Below, piece after piece: positions 1 to 14,260 of a DNA stretch of 64,000 nucleotides. Each line of letters begins with the position of its first letter. Position 1 is the stretch's first letter. Made by a program: the position numbers and the translations under genes. This stretch comes from the human T2T-CHM13v2.0 reference genome, Homo sapiens, in NCBI RefSeq assembly GCF_009914755.1, contig NC_060929.1; one strand, 5' to 3'. The notes under the pieces were generated by a model. It was not told the origin of the DNA and did no database searches. It saw only the letters and a list, made by a program, of their open reading frames with translations.

Positions 1-158
1 GCTGAATCAAGCAAATTCTCATTTAAGAAATTTTAAATTTAAGGATAAAGACACTACTTTCTCTCTGTAGGTCTCATTTAAAATTAGGTGTTTTGACTGG
101 TCATCTTCTACCAGATGTTCAGAGACACAGAGAAATCTGTTAAAACAGAAAACAATAA

Positions 159-509
<351 letters not shown>

Positions 510-529
510 ATTTTTCACATTCTTTCAGT

Positions 530-853
530 TTCTTATTTCTTTTTATTTTCTTTTTTATTTTTTAATTTTAGTGATGGGGTCTTGCTCTGTCACCCAGGCT
601 GGAGTGCAGTGGCATGATGATAGCTCACTGCAACCTTGAACTCTTGTGCTCAAATGACCCTCCCACCTCAGCCTCCTGAGGAGCTGGAACTACAAGCACA
701 TGCCATAATGCCCTGCTAATTTTATTTTATTTTTTTGTAGAGTTAGGGTTCATTTAGTTGCCCAGACTGGTCTGGAACTCCTGGCTTCAAGCAGTCCTTC
801 TGCCTGGGCCTCCCAGATGCTGGAATTACAGGTGTGAGCCATTGTGTGAGGCC
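530..853 (-). mobile_element. Alu SINE (AluJ-type)
   Basis: Dimeric Alu with J-type motifs (ATAGCTCACTGCAACCTTGAACTC, GGCTTCAAGCAGTCC). Confidence 0.92.
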
Positions 854-896
854 TCGCTCTTTGAGTTTCTAATTTTAACCCATCATAAAGGATTAT

Positions 897-1238
897 TGTA
901 TTGGTCTGTTCTCACACTGCTATAAAGATAATACCTGAGACTGGGTAATTTATGAACAAAAGAGGTTTCATGGACTGACAGTCTGCATGGCTGGGTAGGC
1001 TTCAGGAAACTTACAATCATGGCAGAAGGTGAAGGGGAAGAAGGGCATGTCTTACATGGTAGCAGGAGAGACAGAGAGCCCAGGGAAAAATGTGAAACAC
1101 TTATCAAACAACCACGAGAACAGCATGGGGGAAACTGCCCTCATGATCCAATCACCTCCCACCAGGTCCCTCCCTCAACATACGGGGATTACAATTGGAG
1201 ATGAGATTTGGGTGGGAACACAGAGCCAAACCGTATCA
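897..1238 (-). mobile_element. ERVL-MaLR solo LTR (MSTA/THE1 type)
   Basis: TGTATTGGTCTGTTCTCACACTGCTATAAAG...GAGATTTGGGTGGGAACACAGAGCCAAACCGTATCA, the reverse complement of an MST/THE1 LTR. Confidence 0.9.
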
Positions 1239-2542
1239 ACAACTGTGCTCACTTGAACCTGTGTTTCATCAGTTATTATATCTTGAAGCCAGATACATCT
1301 TTACTTAAATACCTTCTCACATGTTTGGCATATAATGAAAGACAAATATACTCACCTTCAAAAAATAGCTCCCTTTTAGAATATTAAAATCGATAGACCA
1401 AGGACCTGACTCAATAGAGCAAGTATGATCCTAAATTGAAGATATAAGATTTTAATTTTGAGATTCTATTTATTAGATATTTTTGATTTGTTATTGTTTT
1501 AGCTAAGTTCTACAACAGTTATTTCCTCTTGGTATTTTTTCAAATTATTGAAAATATCTTTTTTTAAAAAAATTCAAGAATGTCTGTTTAAAGATTTTTC
1601 TATTTGTTGAACTATAATCTATAGTTACTATTTACTGAGAGCCTAAAATATGCCAAGCCCTCTTTTTCATATATATTTTCTAATTTAATTTCCACAATAT
1701 CCTATCCAGAAATGTATATATCTGCAAATATAGTGCAAGTTCAACTTGAAATTCAAACATCTGAAGTGTCCTGTCATAATGTCCTATCGTAGCTAATGTC
1801 TCAGAGTTCACTTCCATAAAGGATGATATCTCTAATTTTTGCATCATTTCATCAAAATTCACTCATAGGCAATGTAAATCTTCTGCTCTTTTATTTTAAG
1901 GCACCATAGCTAGCACTTGCTTCAGTCTGCATGTTTCCTTTGGCTAGATTCTCTCCTCTTTAGAAGCAATTCAGTAAACAAGGAGAGAAAACTATAATTC
2001 CTAGATCAAATTTAGAGTAAAGAAAAAAGCCAAAGAAATCAATTTTCTAATCCCAGATTCAGGTTATGGATTTATCTTATAACAGGTTAACAGGCTAGCC
2101 TGGTCATAGTTTTCATTTTGGAGAATATTCCTATATAAACGGACACAGAGGCAAACCTGGGATAAGTTTCCCAATGTGAGACAGAGGACATTTCCAACAG
2201 GTTGTACCCAGAGATAGGCACATGGCACACATCATCACCTTATATTTTACTTTCTATAGACAATTTGATTATACTACTTTGGTAAAGAAATACTTGTCAT
2301 CAACTTCACCAAATCCCGTTCAAGATTGTTGGGGATTTATGCTAATATGACTATAATTTACATATTTGAAATGTATCATTTTTGTAGTCTTTTTCCCTAA
2401 ATTTTGAAATTAAATCTGTACTTCCATAGATCCTGACAGTTTAAGTATTTTAAAGACTATCTAATGTTAATGTGCTTTTGCTTTTTAATGTGGATAGAAG
2501 ACAATAATCTGTTTTAAATATGCAGTATATGCATGTTAAGTA

Positions 2543-2622
2543 AGGTTGTATGTCTTTTCTCCTATTAATCTTCTTTTTGAAAGTTGATTTTTCAGCGAAA
2601 CTTCAAAGGGCCAAGGGGAACA
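2543..2622 (+). mobile_element. Short ERV1 LTR 3'-end fragment (MER57/MER41-like)
   Basis: TTGTATGTCTTTTCTCCTATTAATCT...TTGATTTTTCAGCGAAACTTCAAAGGGCCAAGGGGAA resembles the MER41/57 U5 end. Confidence 0.5.
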
Positions 2623-2883
2623 CTAAATGCTAGCCTTGTTTAGAAACACTATGATGCTATTCAATTTCTCTGTTTTTGCCTGTGTAAACAACCTTCTGAT
2701 TTTGCCGCTTTGTAACACTGACCAAAGGAATGGCCTTGAAATCTGTGCTTCCTATACAGCCATCCTCAAACTTAGTTTTGTTTGAATAGATTCCATTTTA
2801 AATTGGAAAAATTAGACTTAAAAAAACCATAAAAATGCAGTATATTGCTGAAGTCTTTTCCAGCAATGTATTCGGTAACAGTA

Positions 2884-2980
2884 GGTGTATGTGCATGTGT
2901 GTATTACATGTGCATGTGTGTGTATTACACATGTACACATACATAAATGCACATAGAGATGAATGTATGTGCATGTATAT
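2884..2980. repeat. Degenerate (TG/CA/TA) alternating purine-pyrimidine repeat
   Basis: ATGTGCATGTGTGTATTACA unit duplicated, followed by a CA-rich tract. Confidence 0.8.
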
Positions 2981-5900
2981 AATTTTCTAAGTACTAAAGT
3001 AAATTCAAAAATAATCCTAAACATCAATACTTTACAAACGTAGTAAAATGTACCTATGTTATGCAATTTTGCTTGTTTGTTGGTTTAGTTTTTTTTTTAA
3101 TTTTCCTCTTCATGCGTTTGATGAATAGTAAAAGAATCGCTGCTTTTCATATCTGTGTGAAGATGAAAAATTAAGCTTTTAAAGGAAACACAACCCCAGG
3201 AAAATGTGATTTTGAATGGTTCATTAAAGACAGAAAAAGCAAAAGGTATTTGCCAAATAATATTCCCACCTGTACAGAGATAGGAAATTCTTATTAGCAA
3301 GAAGAAAGTCACATCGCCGAAAAGAAATTTTTTCCAGTTCCAAGAAAAAAGTAAGAAAGAATATACAATGATAAATGTTGAAGTGATGGGTAAATGAAGT
3401 ATGAAGAATACAAAAATAAATGGAAACCCTTTTTTAATGTTGAGGGTGTCTTTAACCTGCAGTAAACATGTTAAATAAGAAAAAAAAAAGGAGTATGTAC
3501 ATTTAAAAAAGGGAATTATGATGTCTCATTTTTGCATCCAAACTTACGTCCCTCCAATTCAGCAAGATATGTTTTATTACAGGCATTCTTTTATAAAGTT
3601 GATAAGATGTTTTCTTCTTCCAGAAACTCTATTTTCCGGCAGGCCTAAATTTGAGAGCTTTACCTGAAGATGTATTACTCATCCGTCATTAAAGCACCGT
3701 CACCACAATGATGTATAGTTCCAATACATCATCAGATTGCCATCACCCCTGTGATGTATTACTTACACTGAAGTAGCTGTCAGGAACAGGTTGTGGAAAC
3801 TCAGCAACTTTTAATATATTCTTTTAAAAAACATTATAAACATTTCTTCCCATGAAAAACTTCATGGTGAATGTAGTTTGACTCAAAATGTAACTTTATC
3901 TTTACATTCCAGAGCATAATATGTTTTCCCTTATGTTTGCCCTTATGTTAATTATGGTTACCCATAATTAACAGCTGAAAATTGGTAAGACCAAAGTCCT
4001 ATGAGGCTGCCTATAGAAGAAGACCATTAGACCAATGGCCAGTTTTGTTTGGTTTAAAATCATTCAAAAATTTACCCAACAGGCTGAGCTACAGTCACTC
4101 TCAGAGAAATTTGAAGATATTTTCATAATGAAGTCAATTCTCAAAATAGGTTGCAACTCCTCTTTCTGCTTGAAAGTTGACACAAAGAATCGCTAAAATA
4201 CTATAGTCTAACTTTTCCTCCTTCATTGCTGAATGACAGCAATATTTATGATATTGTGCCTAGGGGTAAAAAAGATCCCTTAACTTGTAATTTGATCAAT
4301 TACTTCAATCATAAACAGTTTGCTTACATTTGTATTCAATAGACTTTTGCTCATTATTTGCAGCTATTTTCAGGAAACAAATTCATTTTTTATAGTCAAG
4401 AATTTTTTAATTTTAAAGAACATGAATTGTTCAACTGTCTCAAGTCAAGAGGAGGTGTTTGGAATCAAGATATCAGCAACTAGGAGTCCCACCTTTCCCC
4501 AAGGAGCTACATTGTTTTTCATGGACAGCTGTTCTATCCCCTTCTTTCTTTTGATAAACAAGACCAGCTGTCTTCTATTGCTCCCCTGATATATTTCATC
4601 CCACAGTTAGGTACTTTTAAATTTATAATTGAGGTGATCATTATCTGTTTTTTAGCAGTTTTCTAAATCAGAATTCCAGGGGAGGAGAGTTTGGAGTGTT
4701 TGCTTGGGTAGTATCCAACCTGATTAAATTAGCTGATAAACTGTGTTAAGAAGCATTCACCATTAAACAGGTACACTGCTCTTTGGTAGTGGGAATGGGG
4801 AGAAATGATATCCTCATAAAAACGAATGCCTACTATAAATTCAAAAGGGTAGATGCTTATTTTTATTTTTATATTATCTAGAATACAGTGACACAACTCT
4901 AAAACATTTCCAGCAAGACTTTCCAAAATTATTTTAAGTGATACAGTTTCATCCAGATGAATAAAGTCCTCAGAAGATTTCTCCTAGTAAAGACTCAGCA
5001 ATTTTGTGGTTATTGTTTTTTTTAAAAAACAGGAAATAATAGAGATATATCCAAAACCCTATAGCTTATACCAGAAAAAACACTTTGGTCATCCAAGCAT
5101 GCCTAACTGGAGTGCTTGCCATAGGGTGAGTATTGAATACCCATCTAATAAATGGGGAAATGGATGGTAGAACAATGTCTTTTTAAATTTGATAACACTG
5201 GTGTGATAAAATTAGCACTGAGTTATAAATGCCAGAACTGATATTGGCATAGCAACAACCTTTTAAAAATTCACTTAACAGCTGCTTTAATTGAGTAAGG
5301 CAATGAGCATTTGAATTTATTTAAGATTCAACATATAAAATGTCTCACTCACAAGTATACACACACACACACACACAGACACACACAATTTATGTTAAAT
5401 AATGATACAAGGAGATCTGCCTCTTGAAAATAGGGAGAAGATACTCAATGGTATCACAAAAATATGAGCAGCATTTCCTCCATTAGAAAGCTTTAACACC
5501 TAAGCTGATGTTCCGTTGATTTATGACAACCAGTTTCAACTAAGATAATTTTATAGTAGGTAAAGAAAGGTAAATTCCACATTTACTTTCATAATGCACA
5601 TTTTAACCTCTTTAGCAAAGCTAGCTAGGTAATATGTGGAAGAAATAAAGTCAGTGGAGAATTTATACTTGGGAGAAGTTACAAAGTATTGCTAATACTT
5701 GAAGACAGATGACTACAAGAATTCACATCAAATGTTCCAGTTAGGGAATAGCATAGGATGCATATATTGAAATTATGTGGAGCAAAACCTTGGCCATATT
5801 ACTTTGATGTATATTTTTATTCCTGCTTTTATAACTGGACAGACATAAGAATGTGAAACAATTGTGATTTGAACATACTTTTGCTGCTGAGCTTCTCTGA

Positions 5901-6198
5901 GCACTTTTTAAATGAAAATGAGTATGACAAGTAAGTGTGGTTAAACTCATTTCACATCTGAATTACATTAATCAAAATATTACTGCTATAAATTATCAAA
6001 ATTTGTGGTAGTAGTGGTGACATTTCTATATTTATCAAGCAAGAATATTTAAAGTGCACAACTAAAGAGAAATTTTGATAAGCTACTTAATTTAGATTGT
6101 CAAGAAGTACTAGTAAATATATTTATAATATCATTTCAGATTACTTTAAATCACCTGCTTGCAAAAACAACTTTATAGATTAGAAGCAATCTCTGTAA

Positions 6199-6426
<228 letters not shown>

Positions 6427-6429
6427 TAG

Positions 6430-6599
6430 CAGTGATTCTCACTGTGGAGCTTCTACACCAGCAGCAGGAACATAATATTGTAGAAATTCAACTTCTCAGG
6501 CCACTACTGAATCTGAAACTCCAGAGACAGGTATGGTAATCTGTGTTCTTAGAAGCTTTCATAGTGATTCTGATGCATACTAAAAATTGGGTACCACAG
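6430..6599. mobile_element. MER5A-type hAT-Charlie MITE
   Basis: CAGTGATTCTC...ACTACTGAATCTGAAACTC...AATCTGTGTT...GTGATTCTGATGCATACTAAAAATTGGGTACCACAG. Confidence 0.8.
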
Positions 6600-7708
6600 G
6601 TTTGAACAATGCAGATTCAACAAGGATTGTTGCATGATACTAGAGGAATAATGCAATTCTTATACATAGTAATAAAACAATGATAACAACAAAAATTGTA
6701 TCACTATGGAACTAAACCAATGAGACTTTGAAGCAAATGTGAAAAACAATGCATAGACAATACTAAGAATCTTAATATCATCGTTTACATAACAATTGTA
6801 GTAAAGATTATAATGAAGTAACTAAGGATTTTCCATTTGAATAAAGTGATAAAGCAAATGTTCCCAACTCAGAGCAAAATGTTTCCTCATATAGCGGGAA
6901 AATGTGTTTATATATTACAGAAATATTGTAGAAATAATAACCACCTTGCTGAACATGCAAAAAATATGCAAAGATAAACATAAAGCCATTGAGAAAAATC
7001 AATAACTGGCTTATGTCATAGCTTATATTTCTAGTATTAATGACTTCTCAATTTACCTATAAAAGGATAATGTTCAGGGTACCATTGGTGGCGTCAATTT
7101 AGTAAAGTGTTTACTCTTCATCAAAACAAAGAAATACTAATATCAATTAATATTCTAATAGCTGGGAAGAATAAGATAATATCAATAGTTTTGTTTCTCA
7201 TTTTTAAAGGTAGAATACAAAGCTAATTTCTTCCACTTAAAAACCATCTATTTGCATATTGTTTTATTTTAACTGACCATATATCAATGGAAATTAGTTC
7301 ATATTTATGCTGTTTGCAATTCATATTTAAATGTGTGTATTAGCCCTATTATTGTGGATTCTAAGCATTTATTCCTTGACATGGAAGGGTTAAATTTAGT
7401 AATGTGTTTTAGTTAGCAATTTGGAAAGCAATGATTTAAGTTAAAAATGTGTAAGTCATATATATAAGTTGTCCTAATATTCTTCTGATGAATTATATGT
7501 GATAAATTCAAATCATGTTAATATATTTATTTTAAAAAATAAAATTTTACTGATTGCATTACACTCATTTGTAAAATTTGTTTGTATATGAACATGTTTT
7601 TTGCCCATTTTAGAGTCTGAAGAATAATGACCTCAGAAAGCAGGTGCTAGTTGTATTAATTTCATCATATGTTAGGTAACACTTACACAAGTGTAAATAT
7701 TGTATCAT

Positions 7709-8104
7709 TGTCTTAGTCTGTGCTGTTATGACTATATGCCACAGATTAGGTAATTTATAAATATCAGAAATTTATTTCTCACTTTTGGAACCTAGAGAGT
7801 TCAAGATCAAGTCACCAGCAGGATTGATGTCTAGTTCAGGTGGATCTCTGTTCCTAAGAGGGTGCCTTGCACCTGCATCTTCTAGAAGGGAAAAGGACTG
7901 TGCTCTCACAGTCTTTTGGCAAAATGAATGGAAGGTCCAGAGAGTGCTCCCTTCAACTATAATCTTTTTATAAAGGTGCTAATCACATTCATGAAGGTGG
8001 AGCCCCGGTGACTTAATCACCTCCCCAAAACCACACTTTTTAATAATGTTGCATTAACTTTCAACACAAATTTTAGAGCGGGCACCATCATTCAAACCAT
8101 AGCA
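7709..8104 (-). mobile_element. ERVL-MaLR solo LTR (MSTC/MSTD/MLT1A group)
   Basis: TGTCTTAGTCTG...AGAAATTTATTTCTCAC...CAAGATCAAG...CATTCAAACCATAGCA. Confidence 0.85.
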
Positions 8105-11100
8105 GTCAGACACCATTATTTTTCTTGTGTTCTTCATTTAAAAAGCAGAAAGTCCTGTGACCATGTATATTCAACTAGGACTTCGATTTTTTTCCTTTAG
8201 CTTATCCATATTAATAAATGCAGTAAGTTATAACACCGTAAGTCTACATTTTATGGGTAGTTCACCTCAGCATTGATACTTTATGTTAATACTGTACAAA
8301 TACTATAGACAAAACCAAAATTCCCTGAAACATTTCAGATAGTGTAAATAATCAATTTTCATCATGACATTTTGGATTTATTTCTTTAGACAATGCAATC
8401 TGCATCGCTTTAGATGTTGAAACATCATTTAACAAAGAAGATTCCATTTCCTTCGTGAAAATACATTTATTCGGCATTTTCTTTTGTTATTTGAGCTCAT
8501 GAAGACTGATAGAAAGAAAGAGGGCTCAGGTCATCTCAGTGCTGGGTTATTGAAGATCTCCTCATGGGAATGAGGATGAACAGGCTCCTTGAGTCTGGAA
8601 GGCTCTAACTCTGAGAGATTGGATCCGCAATTGACTTACACCACTCCTCTCATGCTTAACCTGTCTCTCAAAAAGTAGATGTCCTTGTTTCTTTACTCCA
8701 CATCTGTTCCATAACACCTTAATCACTTTGCCTTTGATTCCACAGCTTTGATACCCAGCTTTTGTTCAGTCTTTTCAAAGTGAATAGCTTCATCTTTAAC
8801 ATCGCTAGTCCTTGCTCAAGGCTTTCATTGTCTTGTGACTACTGCTTATTGTCTTCTGTCGGTTTAGGTCTCTGAGTTTGTGCGGTTCTGTGCACTTTCA
8901 TCTGTACATTCTTCTCTGTATGCCAGGTACTCAGACTCCTGGAGAGAGACTTAACACCAATAGAGCTTACCTATTGTTCAGAGTCTCATACGTATATCTC
9001 AAATTATGTCCATAAAAAAATTTAAAAGTGTGTATTGGATCTCTTAAATTCAATTTCAAAAATATGACACAGCATTTTCATAAATAACTAGAAATCAATG
9101 ATGCAGCAGGCAAAATAAAATATAAGAGGTGAAGAAATATTAAGGATGAGATAGTATTAATTAAAATAAACATAATCCTGCTCCTGAGTCTTATCAAGCT
9201 ACCAGTTAATATATCATCCACAAAGAAAAGCCTTTATCATTATCAAAAGACTTTGACATTAAATACAGATATCAGAGAAATTGGCTTTATAGACATTTTC
9301 CCCAAGTTTAGGCATATTCAAACACATAAATCACACACAGATAGCACTCAAGGTAATGTTTTTAACTTGAGTATGTCTTTGAAAATTTAATAAAAGTGAA
9401 AATTGTGTGAAGGATTGAACGAGACAGAACCTAACAATTATTCATTTTCACCAGGCATGGTAGAATTAACAAAAATATTCTGGCAGTGTTTATAAGATAT
9501 TCTGGGTGATTTGGGATTTTAATGAACCATGATTCCCTGCTGCTGCAACCCCTCTTGTATCAAATTATAATTAGTGTGTGTCAAGATACATTTATTTCGA
9601 TGTCTGCCAAGAGCATCTAACTGCAGAAAACAGTGTCACGTACTAAAAAGAGCATGTGTTTGAGATTTGAAATGAACTGGATTTGAAATCTTACATTCAC
9701 AGGCCACTCAGTCTTTTCTCTCAAGTAAGCTTGTTTGGTTGTCAGCTACCAGAATAGTTATAGTGTCAGCTACCAAGCACACTACAACAATTCAGCATCA
9801 CTTTAAAATAATGCTTGAAAACATACTTGTAGCATTTCCTCTGCTCACTCTACATGAACTTTCAGTACCTCAACACTTCCAACAAGTACTTCAGAATTCA
9901 CTTGATAATAATGCCTACCTTGTCTACCTTACAGAATTGTTGAAAGAAACAAATGAGCCTCACTGGAGAGAAGGGAGAGCCTCCAGGAGATATAATAGCA
10001 ATTCAAACACACAGACCAAAAACTGGAAGAGTATCAGCCAAGCAGAACCTAGGAAGACAGAAAGTCAGCTCTAAAAATAAAAAGCAAAAAATAATTGATG
10101 ATTTTAAAACGTGATATACCCTGAGATTTTTTCTCCCCCAATATTCTTAAAAAATATAAAGAGTACATCTCTCAGTTGTAAATGAAAACACTGGGGAAGG
10201 AAAAAAGTAGGAAAAAGTGGAAGAAGTTTTTTAAAGTAGAGAAAGAGAAAATCAAATAACAGCTACATGCCAAAAAGTTATGTGTTAATTATTTTCAATG
10301 AACCTTAAAGAATATTTTATAGTCGTTCACTTTTCCCAAAGTAAGAAATGTGCTGGGAAGTTCAGGAGCATTGAGAGAAAACTGACAGAATGAATCATGA
10401 GAAAAGAAAAAATAGAATCTCTGGAAGACTTTGACTGTATTTAGATCAAACAATGGATCAACACAGAGTGAAGGAAAAGATACTTAAATTTTAAAAATAC
10501 ATTGTTGTATATTTATAGTTTACATATAAAACGAGGATATTTTGGATCTATAGAGAAGAGTAGATATGTGACAAACACATAAGATTTGACAAGGTATCAT
10601 AGTTAAGCTAAAAATATCACAAAGTTAAAGTATTAATTTATTTATTCTTAAAAGGCATTGTGAATATATATGAATAAGACATAATTCCTGCCATACTGGG
10701 AAATAAATAAAATATAGTCGGTTAGTTAAAGTGAACATTGTAACTGACTTAGTGAAATATATTTAAAGTGCTTTTACTATGAAAGAAAAAATGGGGGATG
10801 ATAAGAGTTTCTGAGTCTTAATGTGATCTAATACTAGTGTACAAGTCTAGAATGGAAAATAAAAGTAGGACATGGATAAACTGGAGAGATTAAAAATAGA
10901 TTTTTTTTTTAGAATAAAGGTGTTCAGGTAAACTACAATCAAAATCAGGTTAGAGAGGACACATTTTGTATTTTCTGTGCAGCAATGTCTCTTTTAATTA
11001 AATACTAGCTTGTTTCGTGTCTGACCATTAAGTTCCTTTCAAAGGTGTTTTTTAATGTTCCAATTCCCATGGCCTCACTTGATTGGAACAGAGAGGGCAG

Positions 11101-11469
11101 GAGTCAGAAGATGAATGAATGAGTCCTGGTCTAAGGTTTTCCATAGCTCTCTCACATGAATATCTAGTCAAGTTTTATTTTTAAAGTTCTGAGTTTTGAG
11201 GAGCTGAGAATTATGCTATGTGGAAAATTCTAGTCATAACTAAGAGAAGAGAAAATGGAGAGAAGATGAAAAGAAATTCAGAGTTTCTAGTTGGTATTTG
11301 AATCTCTCATTTCCACAGTTTTGAATGAACTCCCACGTCTCTGTTATTTTATGGTTTATTTGATTCTTGAAATAACTTTTAATCTCAATTATTTTTGTGT
11401 GATTTCTGTCTTGTTTTGTTTTGTTATTGTATTTTTCAGTGTAAAGGTACTTTGTTGTTGTTGTTTTTG

Positions 11470-11802
11470 TCTTCCCAACATTCATTCCTGTCCCTGTCAT
11501 TGATTTTGGGAAAACTGCATCTTACCAACTGCCATCTAGCTAGAATATCTGACTCGTGCTAAGCCAGACAGTACATTTCATATCTCTGCCAACAGTAATT
11601 GGAATAGGAATAAGTAACCCGAGCCATTACAATTAGTGCTAATTATCTGTACTGGGACTACAACAATCTACAAGTCACTGGAATGCTGGAACAAGGACTG
11701 CCCTTCAACTGGATAAAGAAACATGTATTCTTTACAACTTTAGAAACCATCTTATATCTGCAAGATGAAGCTGATAAACAGGAAGAAAAGGGAACTGGGA
11801 GG

Positions 11803-11836
<34 letters not shown>

Positions 11837-11970
11837 TTCTGGGTGACAATTGAATTGGCAGATAAAGGCTTACATTAATCTTGCCTTGTGTTTTTAATTT
11901 TGTGGGTCATTAAATCATCTTTATTATTGAATCCAGTTTGAATGAGGCTTTCCATTATTTGCAATATAAC
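11470..11970 (+). mobile_element. Old MaLR LTR (MLT1J/K-like) with internal (GA)n
   Basis: GCCATCTT-like motif, (GA)n tract 11797-11836, 3' end CCAGTTTGAATGAGGCTTTCCATTATTTGCAA. Confidence 0.55.
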
Positions 11971-12174
11971 AAATTCTAATGTCTGTTTTGTTCTTGTTGG
12001 ATTACACTTCCTTGCAGGAAAAACAACAGAATTTCTAGGCATTCCATAAGCATTCGACATAAATGGGTGTTGGTGTCACTAAAATCTAGCTCTCTGAGAA
12101 AAGAGTATTTTACAAGACAGGACATAATGAGAAAATGGATATTCCAAGTAGGACCTCTTTGAAAGACTAGTGTT

Positions 12175-12461
12175 GGCCGGGCACTGTGGCTCACACCTGC
12201 AATCCTAATGCTTTGGGAGGCCAAAAATGGAGGATTGTTTGAGGTCAGGAGTTTCAGATCAGCCTGGGCAACATGGTGAGACCTCATCTCTAGAAAAAAT
12301 AAAAAAATTACCAAGCATGGTGACAATCACCTGTAGTCCAGCTACTTGGGAAGCTGAGACACAGGATCCCTTGAGCCTGGGAGATGGAGGCTGCAGTGAG
12401 CTATGATCCCACCACTGCACTCCAGCCTGAGCAACAGAGTGAAACCCTGTCTCAAAAAAAA
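12175..12461 (+). mobile_element. Alu SINE (AluJ-type)
   Basis: GGCCGGGCACTGTGGCTCACACCTG...GAGCTATGATC...GTCTCAAAA; TSD-like AAA(G/T)ACTAGTGT on both sides. Confidence 0.93.
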
Positions 12462-12920
12462 GGGGGAAAAATCACAAAAATACTAGTGTGGAGGCACATA
12501 TACTTGACTCTGTATTGGGTCTCACATATCTTGCATGTTTCCTTCTTGAGATGGAATTGTCAGTTGCTGAACACATACATCATGAAATGTGGACAACACA
12601 GGACAGTGAGTACCTCTCTAAAATTTACCAGATATCTTAAGAAACTCAGTGTTAGAATAGGGACTCTTAGACTCACTTATCCAGAAACAAAGACCAAATA
12701 ACATTCAGAAAAATAATTAAAATCATTTTTGCAATATCATTAAAAATATCAAAATAAATTGGCAAACATGTACAAAGGAATAAGAACACAGAAAGTCCTA
12801 TAGACTGTAATGGGAAGAAACTTCAGGATAAAGGAAGTAAAACAATGAAATAAACATGTTAGCATGTCACTCAGGTGGTCTAGAGAACAAGAACTAGTGA
12901 AATAAGAGGCGTTTTAAAAG

Positions 12921-13244
12921 GAATCGACTCATGTTGTTGTTGGGGTGGCAAGTCTGAAATTTGTGGGGCAGGTTGACAGGCTGGAAATCAGGCAGGACTT
13001 GATGCAGAATTCCTTGATTCAGAAGTCTTGAGGCAGAATTTCTTATCCTTCCAGAAATCTGTTTTGCTATTCAAGCCTTCAACTGATTGGATAAGGCCAG
13101 CCCTAATTATCAGGGTAATTAACTGATTGTAGAAGTAAACCATGTCTATAAAATACCTTCAGTGCAACACCTAGATTAGAGTTTGATTAAATAAGTGGAT
13201 ACTACAGCCTGGCCACATTGACTTGTAAATCTGTAATCATCACA
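12921..13244 (-). mobile_element. MLT1E-family LTR (partial)
   Basis: GGCAAGTCTGAAAT...GCCTTCAACTGATTGGATAAGGCC...AAAATACCTTCAGTGCAACACCTAGATTAG...CATCACA. Confidence 0.8.
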
Positions 13245-13559
13245 CATGCTCTATTACATAGCCAGGTTGCACTCAATTGAAGAGCTAATTAGTGAATTTA
13301 AAGTAAATGGCTGAAAATTTTACAGCACTGTCACATATATAATTTTTTGTCAAATTGAATATATTCACTTGGTGCCACAGGCTAAAGAGTAAGCAAATGA
13401 TCAATGACTAGAACACAACAGTAACAATAAGAACAAATGCAGGAATCTATCTATGAAAGCAATGAAGAGCCATTGCTGTTCTGAGAAGTGAAGTCACAAA
13501 TCTCCCTCACAGGACCACTGTGTTTTGAGTCACCTGTTCACGAGCACTGAACTGCTCAG

Positions 13560-14070
13560 AGGTAGGCGGAGTAGCAGTGGGGCAAGAGAGATGTGGGTAG
13601 TTCCTGGGTATAATTTGAAGGTAACATGATTTCCCTAGGCACTTTTTGTAGTTTGTGAAGGGAAGGGAGTCAAGAATAAATCCAAGTGTATTGACTGCAG
13701 CCCAGGGCGAATGGAGGGAGCATGAAGCCCATCAGTGGAGGATGTTTTAATGCCATGACCAGGATTTCTATTTTGACTATATTAAGCTTGAACATATTCT
13801 GTCACCCCAGAACTACCCCTGCTTCACTGGATCTGCCCTGCTTTCTTTTCTAGAATCTCTAGGTCTGCAGAGGGTCTTTGCATCTGCTGGAAAACTTTCT
13901 TCACATACCTGCTGCCTCTGTGTTAGGCTTTTACCAAGCATCACTTGCACCACACCATGAGACCTTGCCTGGCTTCATGGCTTATAATTAAACACAATCC
14001 TCAGCAACTAAATTTATCATCTCCATTTCATATTTATTATTTTATCCTCTAGCATTTATCTCTGACAAAA
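13560..14070. mobile_element. Degraded L2 LINE fragments
   Basis: GGAGTCAAGAATAAATCCAAG...ATGGAG (L2 minus-strand motif), then CTCTAGCATTTATC (L2 3'-end motif). Confidence 0.45.
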
Positions 14071-14109
14071 CATAGTTTTTTTTTTTAATTGTTCATGTTT
14101 TTGTAGGAT

Positions 14110-14260
14110 TGTAGAGCATGTCAATTAAAATTACCTGGGGTTGAATCCAACCTCCACTACTTACTCTTGGACAAATTACTAAACCTCTCTACTTCAGATT
14201 TCACACCTGTAAAATCAGGTTGGTAATACCTAATAGTGATGGGGTTATTAGACTTACTCG
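14110..14260 (+). mobile_element. MIR SINE fragment
   Basis: CCTGGGGTTGAATCC...TTGGACAAATTACTAAACCTCTCT...CACCTGTAAAAT core. Confidence 0.75.

Noticed and set aside
9739-10074. 111-aa ORF in mostly unique DNA
   Set aside because: Non-ATG start, overlaps a MIR-like relic, no recognisable domain; length is compatible with chance
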